Below the pieces are notes generated by a model. It was not told the origin of the DNA, ran no database searches, and saw nothing but the letters and a program-made list of their open reading frames with translations. The position numbers were made by a program, and so were the translations under genes. Below are positions 1-9,350 of a DNA stretch of 64,000 bases, one piece after another. The stretch covers positions 544,001 to 608,000 of the forward strand of contig OZ219856.1 in NCBI GenBank assembly GCA_964291395.2. Direction: 5' to 3'. How positions within the stretch are numbered: the stretch's first letter is position 1; each line of letters opens with the position of its first letter. Source of the DNA: Alphaproteobacteria bacterium (GTDB taxonomy: Bacteria; Pseudomonadota; Alphaproteobacteria; UBA2966).

Positions 1-81
1 GCCCTCGGCCGCGTCGAGGCTGATGCCTCGCAGCACCTCGATGTTGCCATAGGCAGTGACGAGGTCTCGAATGCTCAGCAT
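1..81 (-). CDS. livF: Branched-chain amino acid-type ABC transporter ATPase (LivF-like), 5' part only; runs off the window
   Basis: Minus strand from ATG at 81 reads MLSIRDLVTAYGNIEVLRGISLDAAEG, a typical LivF N-terminus, directly downstream of the LivG-like gene. Confidence 0.8.
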   Translation of the reverse strand, partial: MLSIRDLVTAYGNIEVLRGISLDAAEG

Positions 82-85
82 GGGC

Positions 86-862
86 TCAGGCGCTCCCGTC
101 GACCGGGCGGGATTTCGGGGCGGATGTCCCGAGATAGGCCTCTTGCACCGCCTTGTCGCGCTGCACCTCGCCCGGAGTGCCGAAGGCGATTTTGTACCCG
201 AAGTTGAGGACCGCGATCTGCTCCGTCACGCCCATGACGAGTTCCATCACGTGCTCGACGAGCAGAATCGTCACTCCCGAGTCACGCATCCGGCGAATGC
301 GCCGGCCCAAATTATCGATCTCCTGTCGGCTCATGCCCGCCGCCGGCTCGTCGAGCAGCAGCAGCTTCGGGCGAGCCGCTGCGGCGCGTGCGAACTCCAG
401 CCGTCGCTGCTCTCCGAATGCGAGATTGGACGCGAGCTCATCGCCCTTGTGTCCCAGATCGGCGAGCTCGAGCAGCCGGGCGATCTCCTTCCGCGTCCGG
501 CGGGTGGCGCCGAACCAGCGCGGCAGAAAGCCGTGCGCGGAGACGTCCTGGGACGAGTTCTGCGCCACCCACAGGTTCTGCCACACCGTGAGGTTCGGAA
601 ACAGGCGGATGTTCTGGAACGTGCGGGCGATTCCCGCTCTCAATCGCGTGTGCGGGGGCTTACCGTTCATCAGGTTCCCCCGGAAGTGAACCGTACCGGC
701 CGTTTCTCCGTACACGCCGCAGATCAGGTTGATCGTTGTGCTCTTGCCCGACCCGTTGGGGCCAATCAAGCCGAAGATATCTCCCTCGTTGACGGTCAGG
801 TCCAGCCCGTCGAGTGCCTTGACCCCGCCGAAGTGCTTCGATAGTCCGCGCAGCTCGAGCAC
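86..862 (-). CDS. livG: Branched-chain amino acid-type ABC transporter ATPase (LivG-like)
   Basis: Walker A GPNGSGKST, RTFQNIRLF, LLLDEPAAG, C-terminal EAYLG. Confidence 0.92.
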   Translation of the reverse strand: MLELRGLSKHFGGVKALDGLDLTVNEGDIFGLIGPNGSGKSTTINLICGVYGETAGTVHFRGNLMNGKPPHTRLRAGIARTFQNIRLFPNLTVWQNLWVAQNSSQDVSAHGFLPRWFGATRRTRKEIARLLELADLGHKGDELASNLAFGEQRRLEFARAAAARPKLLLLDEPAAGMSRQEIDNLGRRIRRMRDSGVTILLVEHVMELVMGVTEQIAVLNFGYKIAFGTPGEVQRDKAVQEAYLGTSAPKSRPVDGSA

Positions 863-866
863 CGGT

Positions 867-1769
867 CTAATCCCTGCCGCCCAGACCGACCGCCCGCTTC
901 AAAACCTGAGCGGTACGTGCATCGAACAGACCGGAAGGCTTCAGGTTCATCGCGGCGATGATCAGCAGTCCGAACACGATGTTGCGCCAGTCGCCGAGGA
1001 AGCGGAGCCCTTCCACGAGCACTCCTTGAATGAAAATGACCGCCACCAGGGTGCCGAACACGCTGGAAAGGCCGCCGAGGATCGGATAGGCGATCGCGAA
1101 GGTCGCGAGAAGCACCGTGAAAGTGAGATGATCGACGTAGGTCGCGGTGTGCGCATAGAGCGCCCCGCCGATGCCGGCAATGAAGCCGCCGGCGGTCATG
1201 GCCGTCACCTTGACGGCGGTGAGATTGATCCCCACGCTCTGGGCCGCTAGCTCGTCCTCTCCCACCGCTCGCAACACCGCCCCGGCGCGCGAGCGGTCCG
1301 TCCACCACAGCGCCGCCATGACCAGGATGACGAAGATCCAAACGAAGGCGGTGATCTCCCATGCCGACCAGCCGTTCGCCACGAAGAAGCGTATCTCCCG
1401 AAAGCCGTTGGTGCTGTCCGGTCCGACCTCGATGTCGCCGCGCGGCACGCGCCAGCTCAGATTGAAAAAGAACAGGCGAACGAACTCGCTGAAGGCGATG
1501 GTCGCCACCACGAGCATCAAGCCTTTGACCCGCAGAGCGGGAAAGCCGACGAGGAACGCGAAGAACGACGCGATGGCGGCGGCGGCAAGCAGCGCGGGAA
1601 GAATCGGCAGCTCGAAGATGACGGTGAGAATGCCCGCGGAGTAGGCCCCGATCGCAAAGAAGCCGGCCTGTCCCAGGGAAAGCTGGCCGGTCAGCATCAG
1701 GACGTAGGCGGACAGTCCGAGAAGGGTATGAATCCCGATGAGCTGGACGAGGCCGAGGTAGTACGACAT
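867..1769 (-). CDS. livM: Branched-chain amino acid-type ABC permease (LivM-like)
   Basis: Hydrophobic; GQLSLGQAGFFAIGAY, LRAVGEDELAAQSVGIN, ILGG motifs. Confidence 0.88.
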   Translation of the reverse strand: MSYYLGLVQLIGIHTLLGLSAYVLMLTGQLSLGQAGFFAIGAYSAGILTVIFELPILPALLAAAAIASFFAFLVGFPALRVKGLMLVVATIAFSEFVRLFFFNLSWRVPRGDIEVGPDSTNGFREIRFFVANGWSAWEITAFVWIFVILVMAALWWTDRSRAGAVLRAVGEDELAAQSVGINLTAVKVTAMTAGGFIAGIGGALYAHTATYVDHLTFTVLLATFAIAYPILGGLSSVFGTLVAVIFIQGVLVEGLRFLGDWRNIVFGLLIIAAMNLKPSGLFDARTAQVLKRAVGLGGRD

Positions 1770-1775
1770 CGCCGG

Positions 1776-2672
1776 TCAGTCCCGATCGATGGCCGACCCG
1801 AAAATCCCGTGCGGCCGGAAGACCAGAAACACGAAGAGCAGCAGCAGCACGTACATGTCGCGTTCGTTGACGCCCCGGAAGTACAGGAACACGTTCTCGA
1901 GCACGCCGACCAGCAGACCGGCCGCGATGGCCCCCGGAATCGATCCCAGACCCCCGATGACCGTAACGATCAGGCCCTTGACGGTGAGCGGCACCGTGAT
2001 CAGCGGCGAAAGTACGCCGACCGCCGCCGCCGTCATCGACCCCGCGATACCGCCTAGCAGGCCCGCGAGCACGAAGGTGACGGCATTGGTCCGGTGGACG
2101 TCGATACCGCAAAGCCGGGCCGCCACGTCTTGCTGAGACACAGCTCGCGTCGCCAGGCCCAGACGGCTTCGGTAGAGCACGTAGAGCAGGCCGAAGGTGC
2201 CGGCGATGCACACCGCAAACACGAATAGGAGGTCGCCGCGTATCCCGTAAGGACCCAGCTCTAACATCACGTCGTCGAACATGGCCGGAAACGTGAGCGG
2301 CGAGCCGTCCGTGGCATGCACGATGATCTCGTCGATGAAGAACAGCGCCCCGATCGAGGCCATCAAGGCAGCGAGATGGTTGTCAATCGGAATGAACCTG
2401 AAGCAGGCCACGTACACGATGAAACCCACGAGCCCCGAGGCGAGGGCCGAGACCAAGAAGACGACCAGGGCCGACGCATTGACGAGGGTGAATGCGGCGA
2501 GGCCCACGTACGCTCCGGCCAGGGAGGCCGCGGCATAGGTCATGTTGAGCTTGCCCATGGCGCCGAAGATCAGCGTGAAGCCGATCCCGATCAGAGCGTA
2601 GGTCGCGCCGAACAACAGGCCATCGCCGATGGTCTGGGTAATCTCGACGAACTCGAACCAAAAATCACCCAT
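1776..2672 (-). CDS. livH: Branched-chain amino acid-type ABC permease (LivH-like)
   Basis: GATYALIGIGFTLIFG, RAVSQQDVAARLCGID, IGGLGSIPGA, RPHGIFG motifs. Confidence 0.88.
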   Translation of the reverse strand: MGDFWFEFVEITQTIGDGLLFGATYALIGIGFTLIFGAMGKLNMTYAAASLAGAYVGLAAFTLVNASALVVFLVSALASGLVGFIVYVACFRFIPIDNHLAALMASIGALFFIDEIIVHATDGSPLTFPAMFDDVMLELGPYGIRGDLLFVFAVCIAGTFGLLYVLYRSRLGLATRAVSQQDVAARLCGIDVHRTNAVTFVLAGLLGGIAGSMTAAAVGVLSPLITVPLTVKGLIVTVIGGLGSIPGAIAAGLLVGVLENVFLYFRGVNERDMYVLLLLFVFLVFRPHGIFGSAIDRD

Positions 2673-2780
2673 GGCCTGATGTCACTCACCCCCCAGCGTA
2701 CGGAGCGTCAGGCAACCTCGCCGGACCGTAACGCACATGACCGGGCCGGCCAACCCGGTCACGTTCCCGCCCGGCGGTAT

Positions 2781-2811
2781 GGTGAAAGAGGGTCATCGGA
2801 CCCCTTTCACC
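2781..2811. other. Intergenic stem-loop between the binding-protein and permease genes (probable mRNA stabiliser or partial terminator)
   Basis: GGTGAAAG-a-GGGTC-atcg-GACCC-CTTTCACC inverted repeat. Confidence 0.55.
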
Positions 2812-2848
2812 TCGCGCTCGAGCAAGTCACGACTCTACCGGAGACTTG

Positions 2849-4129
2849 CTAGCGCGGATCGTGGACGACCTTCCACGTACCGCTGTCGGCCTGCACGAAG
2901 ACGTAGGGCTTGATAGACTCACCCTCGTCCTGCACGCGTCCGATATCTCCCATAAGACCATCGACGTTGGCTAGGGTCTCGAGACCGTCGCGGATCTTGC
3001 GCCGGTCGTCGTTGAGAGTATCGGGCTTGGCCATGACCCCCGTCGATTCGATCACCTGCTTGATGATGTGCGCATTCTCCCAGGCAGCCGCGCTATGAAG
3101 GTCGGCAGACCCACCATTTGCTTCGGCCGCCGCCGCAACCTTCGCCGCAGCATCCGTGATCGGTGCGAAGCCGGTCGGGATGTACATGCCTTCCGCCGCA
3201 GCGGAACAGCCCTTGAGTGTTTCCGCGCTGGACGAGCTGGTGAGCCCTACCAGCACCTTCGGCTTGATCCTTTGACGCTTCATCTCCTTCAACATGCCGC
3301 AGGTGGTGAACGGGTGCGAGGAGACGATCATCATGTCGGCGCCCGATTTCTTGAAGGCACGGGCCTGGACCGAGAAGTTCGTATCGGCCATCAGCCAGTT
3401 CGACGACTTCGAGACCTCCAGCACGTTCTCGTAGCCCTCCCTGACCTTGCCGGTGACCCCTTCGATCCCCCCGCCGACCCACTCGAAGCCGTGCTTCTTG
3501 GCCATCGGCACGATGACGATCGCGAACGTCAGCTTCGAATGCGCCTGGTCGGTCTCAGTGCCGCCGTAGATCGTCTTGGCGTCGGGATACTGGGTGCGCA
3601 GCCAAGCGAACAGCGCGTCATACATAGTGATCTCGTTGGGCACATTGCGGAAGGTCCACTGGGACTTCTTGGCTAGGCCGGGACGGATCGCGGTGTCGGT
3701 GAGAATGGGGAACTGAAGGCCGGTGTCGGACTCGTCGTCCACCGTTTTCTGGAAGATGCCGTACATGGCCGCCGCTGCGCCTGAGCATGTCGGTCCGATG
3801 CCGATCAACGCTTCAGTCTGCGATTCGACCTTGCGTGCGACGGAAATTGCCTGATCGGCGTTGCAGGCGGAGTCGTAGTACGTGAACTCCATCTGGGCCA
3901 TGGTGCCGTCGCCCAGTTTCACGCCGCCGGAGTCGTTTATGGATTGCACCGCCGCCTTGAGCACAGCCTCGGAGTTGACACCGAACGAGCGCAACGGTCC
4001 GGACTTGGCGCCCCATCCGGCGATCTTGACTGTGCGTTCGTCCGCAGCAGACACCGGCTGCGCGAACGCGATCAATGCGGCTACAGCCATGCTGGCCAGA
4101 GCTGTCGTCGACAATCTTACTGCAGACAT
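2849..4129 (-). CDS. ABC transporter substrate-binding protein, Liv/Peripla_BP_6 family
   Basis: Signal peptide (AVAALIAFAQPVSA); SGPLRSFG...AVQSINDSGG; YYDSAC; first gene of the liv-type operon; GAGAGGA RBS. Confidence 0.88.
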   Translation of the reverse strand: MSAVRLSTTALASMAVAALIAFAQPVSAADERTVKIAGWGAKSGPLRSFGVNSEAVLKAAVQSINDSGGVKLGDGTMAQMEFTYYDSACNADQAISVARKVESQTEALIGIGPTCSGAAAAMYGIFQKTVDDESDTGLQFPILTDTAIRPGLAKKSQWTFRNVPNEITMYDALFAWLRTQYPDAKTIYGGTETDQAHSKLTFAIVIVPMAKKHGFEWVGGGIEGVTGKVREGYENVLEVSKSSNWLMADTNFSVQARAFKKSGADMMIVSSHPFTTCGMLKEMKRQRIKPKVLVGLTSSSSAETLKGCSAAAEGMYIPTGFAPITDAAAKVAAAAEANGGSADLHSAAAWENAHIIKQVIESTGVMAKPDTLNDDRRKIRDGLETLANVDGLMGDIGRVQDEGESIKPYVFVQADSGTWKVVHDPR

Positions 4130-4901
4130 AGTCGATTCCTCTCTTTGAAGACTTCTATGGGCTAGGTTACAGCCGTTGGTTGTTGAGGGTGGTGAAGCGA
4201 ACGGGTCGCACTCAAGGCCGTCAAATCATCTCGAACTTACGTATTGTTCCGACTGTCCGGCGAGTGGCCGGGACCACAGTTCGCAATACAGTAGATTCTT
4301 CGCGCCGCCTATTTGTCAAGCAAATTAACATAACCAGTCGAGGCTGATCCGTCGTTTGACCTATACTGACTGCACAACTATGTAGTGCATTGTTATTCGG
4401 CTTTTTTCTGAATAATGAACTAGGAGGTTTCGAAGAGGGGATAATACCGCTCGCGTTGACTCGCTGCATTCGTCAACGCTTGTAGCGAAGCCGCGCTTCG
4501 GAGCTACGAGGCATGAGTTGGAAGAGGGCTGTGGAAGGTTCCGGGCTGCGTCGCCGTCTCGCCTGCGGCGGGTCGCGGGCCCATGATCGTCCATGCGGAC
4601 GAAGCGCAGGTGCTCCCGGAACACCTGCGTTCCCATTCCGACCGCCACCGCGCAAGACTTCGCCAGTTTGGCAGCGACGGCGCCGCGCCGAAAGGATGGA
4701 GCAGAGGCGCGGGCTTGATTACGCGCAGATCAACGTCGGGAGCGACCTGGACTCGTCACCGTCGAGCGTCTTGAACCAAGCCCTCGTTCGTCTGCGCGAT
4801 TACAACCTCGAAACGTCAGGGCGTGATTGTCGAAGTGGTCGCGATTGGACGACTTCGGACCCGTCGCGGCAGACTACTTACCGTCAGAAGGGAGATTGAC
4901 G

Positions 4902-5663
4902 TTGGCCAAGACGAAAGTGAGCTATGGACCGTTGATGACGGCGAGCCTTGCAAAGCAGATTGCCGAGCAAATCCGGGAGTCAATCACCGATGGAACCCTC
5001 AAGGCTGATGACCAGCTCCCGACCGAAGAAGAGCTCGCCCGCCAGTTCCGAGTCTCCCGACCCACTATACGCGAGGCGTTGAAACGGTTGGCGGCGCAGA
5101 GCTTGATCCGGTCGCGGCGCGGCCCGGCCGGCGGTACTTTCATCAACCGTCCGAGCCATGAGGAGGTCAGCTCGAGCCTGACGACCGCTACCGCGCTCCT
5201 GGTCAGCCTGGGTGAATTTAAAATCCCGGAGATCTTGGAAGCCCGCCAGGAACTGGAGGTGCTGTGTGCGCGCCAGGCGGCAGCCTATTGCGGGGAAGCG
5301 GAGCTCGACGCGATGGCCCAAGAGATCGAAATACAGCGACAGGCTTCGATTTCGGACGAGGATTTCTGCGCATCCGATGTTCGGTTTCATCGAGCCATCG
5401 CCGACGCGACCCAAAACTCGGTCCTGAAGTTCGTCATGTTCACCGTGATCGAAGCCCTGCAGCCGATCGAGAACATGGTGGTCTTCCGAGTGCGTGAACG
5501 CGAGGTGATCGTTCGGCAACATGAGGACATTCTGGCCGCATTGCGGTCCAAGGATGCGGATGCAGCGTCGCAGGCCATCCGGGAGCAGACCGCGTATCTG
5601 CGTGAACGTTTCGACGCGGCGCAGGCGATGCGCCGCCGGAAGATTGGCGCCAGGACTGCCTGA
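4902..5663 (+). CDS. GntR family transcriptional regulator, FadR subfamily
   Basis: LPTEEELARQFRVSRPTIREALKRL wHTH; FCD domain DVRFHRAIADATQN. TTG start after GGGAG chosen (ORF open from 4827). Divergent from the ABC operon. Confidence 0.92.
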   Translation: MAKTKVSYGPLMTASLAKQIAEQIRESITDGTLKADDQLPTEEELARQFRVSRPTIREALKRLAAQSLIRSRRGPAGGTFINRPSHEEVSSSLTTATALLVSLGEFKIPEILEARQELEVLCARQAAAYCGEAELDAMAQEIEIQRQASISDEDFCASDVRFHRAIADATQNSVLKFVMFTVIEALQPIENMVVFRVREREVIVRQHEDILAALRSKDADAASQAIREQTAYLRERFDAAQAMRRRKIGARTA

Positions 5664-5675
5664 TTTCTGACTGCC

Positions 5676-5718
5676 GCCATCAACGCATTGCCATCAACGC
5701 ATTGCCATCAACGCATTG
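5676..5718. repeat. Tandem repeat, 3 x 14 bp (GCCATCAACGCATT)
   Basis: Three exact copies at 5676, 5690 and 5704. Confidence 0.95.
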
Positions 5719-5759
5719 ATCGTCGCAACCAGTGCCATCTTCCGCGACTCAGCGCGTTT

Positions 5760-5990
5760 CGGCACGGGATATGTTCGGGCCCCGGCGGTCGCCACCGTCT
5801 GTGTCCCCGGGCGGAGAGCGCATAGCGGAGATGCAGGGCGAGGGTGAGCAAGGTGTCGGTATCCTCGTAGCCGCAGGCGATCGCCACGATGCGGAAGCGC
5901 AGTATCGTGGTGGATTTGATAGGTCGCGTTGCGGCCCGCGCGAGCGCTCACCCCCGCGCCCGAATTCCGCCGTCAAGCATTGGATTTCCT
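5760..5990 (-). mobile_element. Degenerate IS1380-family transposase remnant
   Basis: Minus strand 5905-5855 translates as ILRFRIVAIACGYEDTD, resembling the R(I/V)xAIACGYED motif of IS1380 transposases; no full ORF; boundaries approximate. Confidence 0.55.
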
Positions 5991-6395
5991 GATCGCCGTT
6001 CCAGGAATCGGTATTGAAATCATGTTCGTTGTGAGAAAGTTTTCCGACCGGGACGGCCCCCGGAAGCCGCAAGGGAAAGAAGCGGTGAATTGCTGGAGTC
6101 GCGATCGGCAGAGGCAAAGCGATGGACGTTAGGACGGGCCGGCAGGACGATGCCCACCGTCAAGAAGAGGGTGTTGCTGTCCTCGCGAGCGGCAGCCCCA
6201 GCCGTTGGGCGGGTAGTGGATCCGCCACCAGGAATCGTCGGCGGACGGTACGGTTCGATGCGTTGCCGGGAGTGAATGATCCCAACCGGACCGGCGGCGC
6301 GCCTCGTAATCCATCGGAGCCCGGTCACGGGCTCGACCATGCGCGTGGAACCTGCCATCGTGGAGCCCGGAACGAATCGTCCGCGACACGAGCCC

Positions 6396-7268
6396 ATGGG
6401 ACCCGTAAAATACATCAAGGCGACGGTCGATCGTTACGCCCGGCTCGGCCATGACCCCTATCGCTACTTCCACGCTGAGGAAGCGCCGCCGTGGGCGGTG
6501 TTGAGGAAGCCGCTGCCGGACAGCCGTGTCGGCGTCGTCGCGACCGCGGGCGCGTACGTCAAGGGGCAGGTCGCGTTCCATTACAAGGACGACACCTCGT
6601 TCCGGAGAATTCCCAAGGCGGCGCCCTTGGAGGATCTCCGCTTCTCCCACGTCACCGAGCACTATCTGGGCAGCGCCCGCCGGGACCCCAACAGCGTCAT
6701 CCCGCTGGACTCCCTGCGGCGGCTCGAGCGCGAGGGCCTGATCGGTGCGCTCGCGGAAGATCTCTTCTCCTGTATGGGAGGCATCTACTCGCAGCGCAGG
6801 GTGCGCGACGAACTCGCGCCGGCCCTGGCCGAGCAGTTCGCACGGCAAGAAGTGGACGTGGTCCTGCTCGTCCCCATGTGACCGGTCTGTCATCAAACCG
6901 TGAGTTTGATCGCACGCCACCTGGAGAGTTTGGGAACGCCGACGGTATGCATAGGCACCGCGCGCGACATCCTCGCCGCAGGCAACCCTCCGCGCGCCGT
7001 GTTCCTGGACTATCCCCTGGGAAATACCCTCGGTCGGCCTTTCGCGCCCGACGAGCAATACGCTGTCACGCGATCCGCGATCGAGGCGCTGGAAAGAACG
7101 GTCGTGCCGGGAACGATCGAGACGCTGGACCATGTCTGGTCGGACGACGAGAGCTGGAAGGCCGAAGCGGGTAGGACGGACGGTATCGACCGGCGCCAAC
7201 CACGAGATCTGACGCCCCGGTATCAGTTCGAGGAAGACCGTATCGCGGCCGAGGCGCTGCGGGCTTGA
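6396..7268 (+). CDS. Selenoprotein of the glycine/sarcosine/betaine/D-proline reductase selenoprotein B (PrdB/GrdB-like) family; Sec at UGA 6879-6881 (U-P-V-C motif)
   Basis: ORFs 6276..6881 and 6900..7268 are in the same frame, separated only by TGA plus 6 sense codons: VLLVPM-U-PVCHQTVSLIARHLESLGTPTV...PPRAVFLDYPLG. N-half has DDTSFRRIP...RRDPNSVIPLD. Start placed at ATG 6396 (about 290 aa). Confidence 0.88.
6879..6910 (+). promoter_or_regulatory. Putative bacterial SECIS element
   Basis: TGA, 10-nt spacer, then a perfect 7-bp stem ATCAAAC/GTTTGAT (6892-6910) with loop CGTGA (GU at loop positions 2-3). Confidence 0.7.
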
Positions 7269-7399
7269 TAGGGCCGGCGGACGGCGGCCATCGTCGCCTT
7301 GCGTTCGATCCCCCGGTCGATCCCGCCGGTCATCCCCTTGCCGCGAAGCGCGCGTTTCCATAACTTGGCTTGGCGCGACTCGATTCTCGGGGACCGGAC

Positions 7400-8239
7400 A
7401 TGTCACAAGCGGCGGAAGCACGGCACGCGGATTCGGTGATGGCCACGCTCAACTTCGTGTCGTCGATCGACCAGTTGCCCGTGGCGCTGGTCAAGGAACC
7501 GGGTCTCGGACCCGACCGGAACACGATCACGACCACGGACCACGAAGTCCTGGTCGAAGACGCCCGGCCCATCGCGGCGGAGCTCGACCTCGATCGGCAG
7601 GGTTTCGCCCTCATGAGCCACCCGACGGCCGTCGAGGACTTCTACGACGACGACGAGGTGCGTGAGGTCTACTACCCGGAGATGGAGGCGCTGGTCGGAA
7701 ACGTGACCGGGGCGGGCAAGGTCGTCGTCTTTGATCACACCATCAGGGTGGATGACCAGGAAAAGCGGGTCCGCCGCAAGGTTCGCGCGCCCGTCGCCGG
7801 CGTCCACAATGACTTCACCACGCGGTCGGCGCCGCAGCGCGTCCGCGACTTGTTGCCCGGGGACGAAGCCGAGGCGCGGCTCCGGAAGCGATTCGCCTCG
7901 ATCAATGTATGGCGTCCCGTCGTCAGCCCCGTGGAGACCAAGCCGCTGGTCGTCTGCGGGTACGAGGGCATTGACGAGGCGGATCTGGTGCCGGCCGAGC
8001 GCCACTATCCCGACGGCCGGGTCGGCGGCGTCTATTACATCGTCCACAATCCGGATCAGCGCTGGTACTACTTCCCGCGCATGGCAGGTGACGAAGTCGT
8101 GCTCCTCAAGTGTTACGACTCGAACACGGACGGCACCGCGCGCTGGACCGCACACGGGACGTTCGACGACCCCGCCAGCGGCCCCGATTCCATCCCGCGC
8201 GAGAGTATCGAGATCCGGACGCTGCTGTTCTTCGACTAG
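7400..8239 (+). CDS. CmcJ/NvfI/AsaB family oxidoreductase (putative Fe/2-oxoglutarate oxygenase)
   Basis: LDRQGF, VVFDHTIR, VHNDFT, INVWRP, QRWYYFPRM, LKCYDS, AHGTF, PRESIEIRTL. Confidence 0.85.
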   Translation: MSQAAEARHADSVMATLNFVSSIDQLPVALVKEPGLGPDRNTITTTDHEVLVEDARPIAAELDLDRQGFALMSHPTAVEDFYDDDEVREVYYPEMEALVGNVTGAGKVVVFDHTIRVDDQEKRVRRKVRAPVAGVHNDFTTRSAPQRVRDLLPGDEAEARLRKRFASINVWRPVVSPVETKPLVVCGYEGIDEADLVPAERHYPDGRVGGVYYIVHNPDQRWYYFPRMAGDEVVLLKCYDSNTDGTARWTAHGTFDDPASGPDSIPRESIEIRTLLFFD

Positions 8240-8249
8240 GCCTCCCGCC

Positions 8250-9077
8250 TCAGAACGCGTAGCGCAGGGAAAGCCGGAGCCCGTGACTCGCGAGCCGCGC
8301 CTGCGTCGCGGCGAGATCGAGCACCCTCGGCTCACGGCTCCCGTCGCGCCAGACCACCCGGCCCTCGCCCCGGCCGGTATGGACCGTGCCAAGGTCCGTG
8401 TAACGCCAGGCGAGATCGAGTGTCGTGCGCTCGCCCAGCGCCGCCGCGACCCCTGCCGTCAGCATCCAGGCGAAACCGACCCGGCTGGCGCCCGGGACAA
8501 CGGTTGTCGTCCTCGGAAACGTCATGCGCGTCTCGCCGATCCGGGCGCGGGCGGCGCCGGCGCCGGCGCCGATGAACGGCCCGAAAGGGCCGAACTCCGG
8601 CAGGCCTAGCCCGGGCAGGTCGACGTAGACGGCCAACATGCCGGACAGGGACGACAGATCTGCGGCGACCGATTGTCGGCGCCCGGGCTCCAGGAAATTG
8701 GCGCGTCCCTCAAAGGCGAGGCGCGGCCAGTAATCGATCAGGACCTCGATCCTCGCTGTGGGCGCGGCGGCGTAGCCGAGCCCGACTTGGAACGCGGCCG
8801 CCGTCCCGAAACCGCCGAGCGAACGGTAGGGCTCGCCGTCGCCGCCCCTGCCGCAGCCGTACAGCGCCGCCGGAGAGGTGCTCGAACAGTCTCGGTCCGT
8901 GAACCGTGTGTCGGCCGGACGGTCGAGTCCGGCCCCGGCCCGCAGATAGAGATCGCCGGCGTCCGCGGCCCCAGAGCCCATCAGCACCCCCGTCGCGATC
9001 ACGGCCGCCGCCAGGCGGCGCCGTGCCGCCGTAGCGCGCGGCGGTCCGGCTTGGGGAGGACGTGGTCTGCGTTTCAT
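8250..9077 (-). CDS. Outer membrane beta-barrel protein (opacity/OmpA-like)
   Basis: Signal-like segment then GDLYLRAGAG; PFIGAGAG; DLAWRYTDLG; terminal LRYAF (C-terminal Phe). Confidence 0.8.
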   Translation of the reverse strand: MKRRPRPPQAGPPRATAARRRLAAAVIATGVLMGSGAADAGDLYLRAGAGLDRPADTRFTDRDCSSTSPAALYGCGRGGDGEPYRSLGGFGTAAAFQVGLGYAAAPTARIEVLIDYWPRLAFEGRANFLEPGRRQSVAADLSSLSGMLAVYVDLPGLGLPEFGPFGPFIGAGAGAARARIGETRMTFPRTTTVVPGASRVGFAWMLTAGVAAALGERTTLDLAWRYTDLGTVHTGRGEGRVVWRDGSREPRVLDLAATQARLASHGLRLSLRYAF

Positions 9078-9350
9078 AGTCGGACGGGACCCCTTGCGAG
9101 GGACGCTTTCCGGGGTCGGGAACATAACCGATTCGGCGCGGTCCGCAACGGCCGCCGTCCCCGCCCGGCGCCCTGGAAGGAACTCATGGTCGTGTAACGC
9201 CGGATGAAGGAGCACGTTGTGATGCCATGCCAGCCGGCACGGTCGGTCCTTGACGGATTTAGGTGTGTCGTCCTTCGCCGAGCCCGTTCTGCGGTCCTCT
9301 CTTCGGGTGTGCGACGAACCGTCCGGCTCCGGTGTGCGGGAGCGAAGGGC

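Noticed and set aside
4470-4830. Short ORFs between the ABC operon and GntR
   Set aside because: Some fragments look protein-like, but no family was recognised and start signals are unconvincing.
5676-5718. CRISPR array
   Set aside because: The 14-bp units are contiguous, with no spacers and no cas genes.
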